Shown here: one piece after another, positions 46,302 to 53,794 of the stretch
Numbering within the stretch: position 1 is the first letter of the stretch
How the letters are laid out: the number at the start of each line of letters is the position of its first letter
The notes under the pieces: generated by a model
Told to the model about the DNA's origin: nothing
Seen by the model: only the letters and a program-made list of their open reading frames with translations
Databases searched by the model: none
IMG/VR virus record: IMGVR_UViG_3300025133_000072
Location: 1 to 64,000 of that record
Source: a virus
Direction: 5' to 3' (one strand)
DNA: 64,000 nt
Made by a program: the position numbers and the translations under genes

Positions 46302-47492
46302 ATGCAAAGAAAAAGTATGCGAGAAAGGACAAGGGAAAGAGCAAGCAGAGTAAAGGGCATGGGTCTTTTGTACACTTTCGAGGAAGGAATAAAGCCTGTT
46401 TTTTACAGAGAGAAGGTTGAGGAAGAAATCAACCTGGACATCATCCCGTATGTCGTGACCATGGATAATCATCCAGACGAAGTAGAGAAGGGAGATCTTT
46501 TTTGGGTTCTGACTGTCCCTCTACATAAGAACGTAGGGGCAAGCAAAGAGAAGTTGGTCTGTCCTAGATTCAAGAATCTTCCCTGTCCAATTTGTGAAGA
46601 AGTGGACGCTCTTTCGGAAAATTATGACGCTAACAGCACATTGATAAAGAACATCCGGTCTAAGGACATGGATATGTTCAATGTCATCGATACGGAGGAC
46701 AGAGACAAGGGACCTCAAATCTGGACTATTTCCCCTTTCTGTTTCACCAATATGCTGGATCGAAAACTGAAAAGGGCTAAGGATGATTCTCCTCATTTGG
46801 ATTTTGCTGAGTTGGAGGGTGGTTCTACTTTGGATTTAGTTTTCGTAGTAGACACTTCCGGAAAGTACAAATTCAATAAGGTCGATGAGATCTCTTTCTC
46901 CAAGAGGGCTAAAGACTATCCGGAAGATATTCTCAAAGAGGGATTTCCTCTGGACAAGATTGTTCGAATCCTGGACTACGATAAGATCGCTGCCATGTTC
47001 TTTGGAGGCTCTGAGGGTGATTCCGAAGAGACTGAATCTAAAGACGATGCGGAGTCAGAGAGTCCAGCGGATCAAGCAGCCAGCAGACAGGCCAAAGAGA
47101 ATGCATCCGAGTCGATATCCCAGACGACGAAATCCCCTTCTGAGGAAGAGGAGGAGCAAGAGGAGCAGGAGACTAAGGAATTAGATCCTGATGCTTGTGT
47201 AGCGTGTGAAGGAGCAGGGAAGTCCTCTAACGGTAGGAAGTGCAAGCCTTGTAAAGGGGCGGGGAAGAAAGAGGAAGATAAAAAAGAGGAAGCGAAAGAA
47301 GAAGAACCTTCCGGGGAAAAGGAAAAGACTAAGGAAGATACGACCTCTACAGAGAAATCAGGGGACGAAAAGTGTCCGTCAGGATTCAAATACGGTATAG
47401 ATACTGACCAACCACATTGTAGAGAAGTTTGCTTGAAATGCGATCTGTGGCCTGAATGCTTCAGAGCTAAGTCAAACAACAAAGCAACCTGA
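46302..47492 (+). CDS. gp32-like single-stranded DNA-binding protein with C-terminal Cys clusters
   Basis: H...G.....VCP.....CPICE, FNVID; acidic linker. Confidence 0.75.
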   Translation: MQRKSMRERTRERASRVKGMGLLYTFEEGIKPVFYREKVEEEINLDIIPYVVTMDNHPDEVEKGDLFWVLTVPLHKNVGASKEKLVCPRFKNLPCPICEEVDALSENYDANSTLIKNIRSKDMDMFNVIDTEDRDKGPQIWTISPFCFTNMLDRKLKRAKDDSPHLDFAELEGGSTLDLVFVVDTSGKYKFNKVDEISFSKRAKDYPEDILKEGFPLDKIVRILDYDKIAAMFFGGSEGDSEETESKDDAESESPADQAASRQAKENASESISQTTKSPSEEEEEQEEQETKELDPDACVACEGAGKSSNGRKCKPCKGAGKKEEDKKEEAKEEEPSGEKEKTKEDTTSTEKSGDEKCPSGFKYGIDTDQPHCREVCLKCDLWPECFRAKSNNKAT

Positions 47493-47507
47493 TTAAGAGG
47501 AGTTGAT

Positions 47508-47948
47508 ATGTCGAAAGACACAAAAGAAAAAACAAAAGATGTTCTGGTATCCGCTTGGGTCCCTAAAGAGGATGTGGAGAGGTACTCCCTCATTCTTTTC
47601 AGCAAGGAATCCAACAAGCAGAGAGACATTATATCTCGTGTGAAAAAAGTTGTTTCGGCTGAGACAGAAGATGAGACGTTCGCCCGGATCATTGAGATGT
47701 ATCGGAAGCACTGGTTTGAAGCTGGCGGGTTCATGCCCCTGGAAGTATTCATGAAGAAAGTCCAGGAGGATCTCCATAACAAGAGAACGGGCCTTCCGGA
47801 TCGCTATGTTCCGATGATCATTGATCGAGTTGAAAAAGGGCTCAAGGAACAGAAAGGGGATACCAAAGGTGGCTCCAAGAAAAAAGCAGCACCTCCCGTC
47901 CGGGGCGGAAATGGGAAGCTCCAAAAAGCAAAAACAGCCTCAGCCTGA
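47508..47948 (+). CDS. hypothetical protein
   Basis: GAGGAG RBS; 146 aa. Confidence 0.6.
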   Translation: MSKDTKEKTKDVLVSAWVPKEDVERYSLILFSKESNKQRDIISRVKKVVSAETEDETFARIIEMYRKHWFEAGGFMPLEVFMKKVQEDLHNKRTGLPDRYVPMIIDRVEKGLKEQKGDTKGGSKKKAAPPVRGGNGKLQKAKTASA

Positions 47949-49083
47949 TACCATTGCAGAATTAGATGCGATGATCGACCAGGAGGAAGAGGAGGATGAG
48001 AATTTAAAAACTCATCTGATGGTTCCTACAGGGAGCACCCTTTATAATCTGGCTTGTACAGACAGGCCAGATGGGGCGTTTCCAGTCGGCACAATTGTCA
48101 ATGTCGTTGGAGATTCTTCTTCTGGAAAGACTGTCCTGGGTTTGTCTTGTTTCGGGGAGTGTAATCTGCTCCCTTCTTTTGATGATTATAGATTCATCTA
48201 TGATTATTCTGAGTGTGCTGCTGAGATAGACATCGGAGCTATGTTTGGCAAACGCACAGCTTCGAGAATAGAGAAGCCCCACGAGGGGAAGACTCTTACC
48301 GGGTATTCTTCTACAGTAGAGGACTGGCAGGATGCTATGAATGCCTGCCTGGAAGACGGCAGGCCATTTATCTATCTTCTGGATTCCCTGGATGCTCTTA
48401 CCAGTGAGAATGAGCTGGCTCAGGTGGAGAAACAGAAGATCTCCAGAGAGACAGGAGAAGCGACTACTGGCGACTACACAGCAGCCAAGAAAGCAGCTTC
48501 GATCACTCAGATTCTTCGGACGATGAATGATGAGCTGAAGGGAAATAATTCTCTTCTCATTGTCATTTCACAGGTTCGAAAAAAGCTGGATTCTCGTTTC
48601 CCGGTTAGGTATAGAACTGGGGGAGATGCTCTTTTGTTTTATACTTCCCTGGAATCCTGGGTTCAGATTAGAGGGAAGCTAGAGGTCAGAGGCCGACAGG
48701 TTGGAGTTCACACAGTAACTAGAGTCTCTAAGAACAAAATAACAGGGAAGCGTAGAGAGGTTCCGATTGTTATGCGGGATGCTTTGGGGATTGATGATGC
48801 AGAGGCTCTCCTCACTTTTTTGATTGATGAGAAAGTTTTTGAGGTAGGGAAGAAAAAGAATACGAAAAAGAAAGACAAGGAAAAGGACAAAGAGAAAGAA
48901 AAAGAGAAGAAGAAATCCAATTCCATTACTATTGAGGAACTTGGTTTTGAAGGACTCCCCTCAACCTTTCTCAAGAGGACAGAAGATCCAGAAGTCATGA
49001 AGTGGTTGGTAGACAAGACAACCCAGACCTGGAAAGAGATCGAAGCATCCTTGGTCGTTACAAGGTTCCGAAAATATGCGTAG
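47911..49083 (+). CDS. recA: RecA/UvsX-like recombinase
   Basis: PTGS, GDSSSGKT, LLDSLDAL, ISQVR, GG.AL.FY.S, KNK; start approximate. Confidence 0.88.
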   Translation: MGSSKKQKQPQPDTIAELDAMIDQEEEEDENLKTHLMVPTGSTLYNLACTDRPDGAFPVGTIVNVVGDSSSGKTVLGLSCFGECNLLPSFDDYRFIYDYSECAAEIDIGAMFGKRTASRIEKPHEGKTLTGYSSTVEDWQDAMNACLEDGRPFIYLLDSLDALTSENELAQVEKQKISRETGEATTGDYTAAKKAASITQILRTMNDELKGNNSLLIVISQVRKKLDSRFPVRYRTGGDALLFYTSLESWVQIRGKLEVRGRQVGVHTVTRVSKNKITGKRREVPIVMRDALGIDDAEALLTFLIDEKVFEVGKKKNTKKKDKEKDKEKEKEKKKSNSITIEELGFEGLPSTFLKRTEDPEVMKWLVDKTTQTWKEIEASLVVTRFRKYA

Positions 49084-49975
49084 GAGATCTTATAATACTG
49101 TCCTTCTCTTAGATTGTAATAATCTGGGACACGTTAGTTTCCATACAACAGGAGAGCTTACCCATAAAGGTGTTCCAACAGGGGTAATCTATGGCTTCCT
49201 TCGCAAGCTCATAGATATGTGTCATCATCACAATACAGGCCGGGTCCTTTTCTTTTGGGATGGAGCCAATTCCAGGATGCCCAGGAGGACTATATTTCCT
49301 GAGTACAAAGGGAATCGAGAGAGGACTGAAAAGATGCCTAAAGAACAAGAGGATATGTACTGGCAGTTCGACACTATTCGACATAATATTCTTCCTGCTC
49401 TTGGATTAGGTCAGTATGTTTTTCAGAAGCATGGAATGGAAGCTGACGATCTGATTGCCTGTGCTGTCAAACAGCTCCCTGGACATGAATTGGTTATAGG
49501 TTCTGGGGACACAGACATGTATCAGCTCCTATCCAAGTCCGTTTCTATTGCTCCTCTTGGAAAAGGGAGTGTTCCCCTTGTGACAGAGAAAGACTTCAGA
49601 ACAAGTTATGGGGGATTGGGTCCTTCGGATTACGTGACCATCAAGGCTATGGCAGGGGATGCCTCAGACAATATTCCAGGCATAGTCAAGGTAGGGGAAA
49701 AGACTGCGGTTAAGTATCTGAAAGGTGAGTTGAAAAATACTACCAAAACATGGGAAGCCCTTACTTCTGATGAGGGGATGGGCATTGTTCGGAGAAATCG
49801 TAATATAATCAGACTTCCTTTTAGGGATGTTCCTTTGGACTTTCCTTTGGATGAGGGCAAAATCAGATATCCTATGTCTTGTTCTAAGAGATTCGCTAGT
49901 GTATTTGAGGAATATGGATTACATACTTTTTTACGTCCAGAGAATTTTAAGCGATGGGCTGAGTTTTTTTGCTAG
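49076..49975 (+). CDS. 5'-3' exonuclease / flap endonuclease
   Basis: LLD.NN, YK.NR, EADD, SGD.D..QL, GD.SDNIPG...GEKTA. Confidence 0.92.
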   Translation: MRRRSYNTVLLLDCNNLGHVSFHTTGELTHKGVPTGVIYGFLRKLIDMCHHHNTGRVLFFWDGANSRMPRRTIFPEYKGNRERTEKMPKEQEDMYWQFDTIRHNILPALGLGQYVFQKHGMEADDLIACAVKQLPGHELVIGSGDTDMYQLLSKSVSIAPLGKGSVPLVTEKDFRTSYGGLGPSDYVTIKAMAGDASDNIPGIVKVGEKTAVKYLKGELKNTTKTWEALTSDEGMGIVRRNRNIIRLPFRDVPLDFPLDEGKIRYPMSCSKRFASVFEEYGLHTFLRPENFKRWAEFFC

Positions 49976-49983
49976 GGGTAGCT

Positions 49984-50175
49984 ATGTGCGAGGAAAAAGA
50001 GGTTCCTGTAGAGAGGTCTTTGAAGAATGAATTCAATGACCGGGCCTATTGTTGTTCTGAGATTATTCAGAGCATGATAGGAGAGCATCCTTATTTAGAG
50101 GAGGATGCCAAAGCATCTAAGAAGGTGGCTGAGGTTTGTGAACTTTTGTCTAATTTGTATCACGAAACCGTATGA
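49984..50175 (+). CDS. hypothetical protein
   Basis: small ORF filling the gap, ATGA-coupled to the next gene. Confidence 0.5.
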   Translation: MCEEKEVPVERSLKNEFNDRAYCCSEIIQSMIGEHPYLEEDAKASKKVAEVCELLSNLYHETV

Positions 50176-50750
50176 AAGAAGTTATTCTTTCAAACCAAAA
50201 AGGCGAACATGTAAGGGTCCCAATCTCCGATGATTTCATCATAGGAGTAGATCCAGGACCTGAAACATCCGGGCTGGTTATTTATGTTCCCCAAGCCCCA
50301 AGGATTGCTTTCTCCAATTATGCTTTTCCCAACGATCGGTTTCCCTATGTCATAAGGTGTTTTCAAAACTGCTCTTGGGCAGTGGAGATGGTGTCTTGCT
50401 ACGGGATGCCTGTAGGAGATCCCATTTTTAATACCTGCGTAGCTATCGGAGCCATAGAAGAAAGAGCACGAGACTACCAGTCCAAGATCTACAGAATTAC
50501 CAGACCGGATGCTAAGGTCTTTCTTTGCGGGAGTCGTGCAGCCAAAGGAACGAATTTAACTCAGGCGCTTAAAGATAGGTTTCCAAAAGTAGGAGGGGGG
50601 AAGGATGCTTCAGTGGGTATTAAGAAGCAGCCAGGACCTCTGTTTGGAATAGCAAAGCACTCTTGGGCTGCGTTGGCAGTGGCGTACACTCTAGCCCACG
50701 GAGAGGCTCATTTGGGTATGAAAGAATGGGCTTTAGGGAGAACAGTATGA
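50172..50750 (+). CDS. RuvC-like Holliday junction resolvase
   Basis: IIGVDPG..SG, AVE, H.WAALAVA. Confidence 0.7.
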   Translation: MKEVILSNQKGEHVRVPISDDFIIGVDPGPETSGLVIYVPQAPRIAFSNYAFPNDRFPYVIRCFQNCSWAVEMVSCYGMPVGDPIFNTCVAIGAIEERARDYQSKIYRITRPDAKVFLCGSRAAKGTNLTQALKDRFPKVGGGKDASVGIKKQPGPLFGIAKHSWAALAVAYTLAHGEAHLGMKEWALGRTV

Positions 50751-51823
50751 TCAAAGGAGCCAGAGGAACAGATTTCCAGGCGTTGGCTAAATATGACGTA
50801 GAACTCCATCCAGGGGTGAATTGTTTTGTGGGGGAATCGGATGTAGGTAAATCTGCTTTCCTCAAGACGATAAAGTTCGTTTCCCAGAACAGACCTTCAG
50901 GGGATGCTTTTATTCGAGAGGGACAGGATTTCGTTTCTTGTTTCCTTGACGTGGCAGAAGGTTCAGTAGAAAGGACCAAGGGAGAGAAGAAGCAAGTTTA
51001 CAAGATTGTGACAGAGAAGGAGAGCAAGGATCTCACAGCATTTGGGACCTCAGTTCCAGAGGAAGTGTCAGACCTCCTTCGATTAGATCCAGAGATAAAT
51101 TTCCAAGGCCAGTTCGACAAACATTTTCTTCTGTCCTGGACTCCTGGGGAAGTGGGTCGGTTTTTCAATAGGATTGTGAATTTAGAGAAGATGGACTATG
51201 CGGTTTCTTCTATTCAGAAAACGGTCAATTCCCTGAGTGCGGATATCAAAGCTAATGAAGCTCTTCTTGTGGAACACATATCCTCCCTGGATCAATACAC
51301 AGACCTGGATGAAGCTGCTAATCAAGTGAATGCCCTGGATCAGCTTAATGCAGAAACAGATAAGATAAAAGAGGACATCTCAGGGCTCTCAGATCTCCTT
51401 GATAACTCGCAAACGGTTACTGGCAGGCTAGAAGACCTGAAACCTTATAAAGGGGCTGGCGTGTCTGTTTTGGCTATCAGGGACCTGTTTGGAATGTCTG
51501 CTGTAGCTCAAAAATACATAGAGGATATTCAGGGGATTTTGAAGAGCAGAGAACAGGTAGAGAAAGCCCTGAGTCCGGCCAAGAGGATGAGCAAGTGTTC
51601 CAAGGCTATAGAAGGGTTCCAGGAAGGCATAGCAGAGATCCAAACCATACAAAAATCCATGGCAGAGATTGAGGCTATGATTTCCTCCTATACTAAAATG
51701 AGATCTGCTTTGTTCTCTGTTGAGGCAGAGCAGGCGGAATTTATAGCGGAGAGGGAGAAACTCATTCCTGATGAGTGTCCTTTGTGTAAGCAGCCTGTGG
51801 GCAGAGAGGTGTTTTGTGGCTAA
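50747..51823 (+). CDS. SbcC/Rad50-like ATPase, N-terminal half (Walker A to zinc hook)
   Basis: GVN.FVGESDVGKS, Q-loop NFQGQ, coiled coil, terminal CPLC. Confidence 0.85.
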   Translation: MIKGARGTDFQALAKYDVELHPGVNCFVGESDVGKSAFLKTIKFVSQNRPSGDAFIREGQDFVSCFLDVAEGSVERTKGEKKQVYKIVTEKESKDLTAFGTSVPEEVSDLLRLDPEINFQGQFDKHFLLSWTPGEVGRFFNRIVNLEKMDYAVSSIQKTVNSLSADIKANEALLVEHISSLDQYTDLDEAANQVNALDQLNAETDKIKEDISGLSDLLDNSQTVTGRLEDLKPYKGAGVSVLAIRDLFGMSAVAQKYIEDIQGILKSREQVEKALSPAKRMSKCSKAIEGFQEGIAEIQTIQKSMAEIEAMISSYTKMRSALFSVEAEQAEFIAEREKLIPDECPLCKQPVGREVFCG

Positions 51824-52712
51824 ACCGATAGCTATTTTGGTGGGCGATCTCCATGCAAGGGAAACGGTTCCTGAGTGTCGTGTGGATGATTTTTTGGAGG
51901 CGCAATTTAATAAGTGGCGTTGGTTGAAAAAACTCTGGGAGGAAACAAAGGTCCCTATTGTTTATGCGGGGGATGTTTTCGACAAATGGAAATCCAGTCC
52001 TTGGCTTTTGAGCAAGGTTCAGGAACTTCTTCCTCCTGGTTTGTTCATCGTAGGACAACATGATATTTCAGGCCATAGCATGAAGAATCTAGAAAAATCT
52101 AATCTCAATGTTCTTTTGACTTCAAAGCTAGGGTGGACTGAGATAACAGACATGGGATATCTGGACAATAAGGATTTCACAGCATGGGGCTATTCCTGGG
52201 GAACAGGATTGAAAAAAATGCTTAGCGGGAATTCTTTACCTTGTTTGGCTGTGGTACATAAGTTTGTCTATGAGAAGGAAATTCCTTGGCCTGGATGTGA
52301 TGGTCTTTCAGCAGAGGAGGCCCTGGAACAGCTCTCAGGATATGAACTCGTTCTGTGCGGGGACAATCACCAGAAATTCATTTATGAGAAAGGGAATCAG
52401 AAGCTTTTGAATCCTGGTTCTTTCTTGAGGATGTCTGCGGATCAACAGAATTTTGCTCCTGCGGTTTTTATCTGGAAGGATGACAATTCCCTAGAAGAGG
52501 TTCCCGTTCCCATTGAGAAGGGCGTGGTTTCCAGGGAGCATATTGAGAGGAAGAAAGAGACGGATGAGAAAATGAATGCTTGGGTAGAGTCTCTGAATTC
52601 TGACATTGAAATCACTTTGTCTTTTGAGGAGAATATAAAAAGATACAAAGAAGAGAATCCAAATGTTCCAGATCATGTTTGGGATATTGTAATGACGCAT
52701 GTTAAAGCATAG
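51816..52712 (+). CDS. SbcD/Mre11-like metallophosphoesterase nuclease
   Basis: GDLH, AGDVFD, GQHD, VH, GDNH, NPGS. Confidence 0.9.
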   Translation: MAKPIAILVGDLHARETVPECRVDDFLEAQFNKWRWLKKLWEETKVPIVYAGDVFDKWKSSPWLLSKVQELLPPGLFIVGQHDISGHSMKNLEKSNLNVLLTSKLGWTEITDMGYLDNKDFTAWGYSWGTGLKKMLSGNSLPCLAVVHKFVYEKEIPWPGCDGLSAEEALEQLSGYELVLCGDNHQKFIYEKGNQKLLNPGSFLRMSADQQNFAPAVFIWKDDNSLEEVPVPIEKGVVSREHIERKKETDEKMNAWVESLNSDIEITLSFEENIKRYKEENPNVPDHVWDIVMTHVKA

Positions 52713-52714
52713 GG

Positions 52715-52987
52715 GTGGCTGTGGAACACAAGATTGATGATATTTTAGAGAATATAAAGCGAGCGGACAAGAGGATCAAAGATGCTCAGGAAGAGGGGTC
52801 TAAGTTAGAAGGGAAGCTCGAACAGCTCAAGTCTGATTTAGAGTCCAGGTTTGCTTGTAGTAGCTGGGACAAGGCAGAAGAATTGCTCCAGGGAAAGAAA
52901 GAAGCTAAGGAAGCTATGGAAGCTAGGATTCAGGTTCGTTATGAGAGCCTTGTCGAGGAGCATGGGACACTTTTAGGATTAGTATGA
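52715..52987 (+). CDS. coiled-coil protein, probable middle fragment of split SbcC
   Basis: 90-aa heptad-rich ORF between sbcD and the SbcC C-terminal half. Confidence 0.6.
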   Translation: MAVEHKIDDILENIKRADKRIKDAQEEGSKLEGKLEQLKSDLESRFACSSWDKAEELLQGKKEAKEAMEARIQVRYESLVEEHGTLLGLV

Positions 52988-53601
52988 ATTGTGTAGAGAA
53001 TCTCAAACTCAAAGTGTCTGCTCTCACAGGAGAGCGGGATCAGATTCTGAGATCAATAGAATCGATTGCTACAAAGGTCGTCGGGCTCAGAGATCAGAAA
53101 GATGATCATAAGAAGGCTCAGCAGATCATTCGAGATGTATCCCTTCAAACTCAGAAGCAATTGGAGTTCAAAGTGTCTTCATTGGTTTCCACTTGTTTGT
53201 CAACGGTTTTTGAAGATCCTTATGAGTTTCATTTGGAATTTACAGAGAGAAGGAACAAAACAGAGGGAGACATCTTCTTTACCAGAGGAGATGCTGTTAT
53301 TGATCCTATGGAACAGTCAGGAGGCGGGGTGCTAGATGTTGCATCTTTTGCTCTCCGGGTGGTAGGCTGGAAGTTGTCGAGAAAGAACCTTCGTCCTGTT
53401 TTTATCTTGGATGAGCCTTTCAAATTCCTTAACAGGGATCGACAACCGAAAGCGGGACAAATGTTGGTTGAAGTAAGTCAGAAGCTCGGAGTTCAGATCA
53501 TAATGGATTCTCACCAAAGGGATATTATTGCTCGTTGTGACAAAGTATTCGAAGTCACAATGAGGGACAGAGTCTCCAAGATAATGGAGATAGAAGCGTG
53601 A
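52984..53601 (+). CDS. SbcC/Rad50-like ATPase, C-terminal half
   Basis: signature SGGG, Walker B FILDEPF, H-loop SH. Confidence 0.85.
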   Translation: MNCVENLKLKVSALTGERDQILRSIESIATKVVGLRDQKDDHKKAQQIIRDVSLQTQKQLEFKVSSLVSTCLSTVFEDPYEFHLEFTERRNKTEGDIFFTRGDAVIDPMEQSGGGVLDVASFALRVVGWKLSRKNLRPVFILDEPFKFLNRDRQPKAGQMLVEVSQKLGVQIIMDSHQRDIIARCDKVFEVTMRDRVSKIMEIEA

Positions 53602-53640
53602 GAAAATATAACTTCAATGTGATCTCGAACGACACCGGAT

Positions 53641-53671
53641 AAAAGCGACTGTTCACGGTCGTTTTTTCTTT
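53641..53671 (+). terminator. intrinsic terminator
   Basis: GCGACTG-TTCA-CGGTCGT followed by a T-run. Confidence 0.75.
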
Positions 53672-53794
53672 CCTCTTATTTTTTGCGGGATACGTTTCGC
53701 TTCAAGACTTAGGGGAGGAGAGGGATATAAAATTCCAGGGCAGGCGCAGTAGTGGTGGTATTTACGTGATAAAGAGCAGCAGGAGGATTCAGTC

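Noticed and set aside
47072-47924. Long minus-strand ORFs opposite the SSB and neighbouring genes
   Set aside because: They are antisense to well-supported genes, their Ser/Phe-rich composition mirrors Glu/Lys codons, and they have no RBS.
53602-53794. Cobalamin riboswitch or NrdR box upstream of nrdJ
   Set aside because: Only a terminator hairpin is evident. I could not identify a B12 box or an NrdR palindrome by eye; an Rfam scan would settle it.
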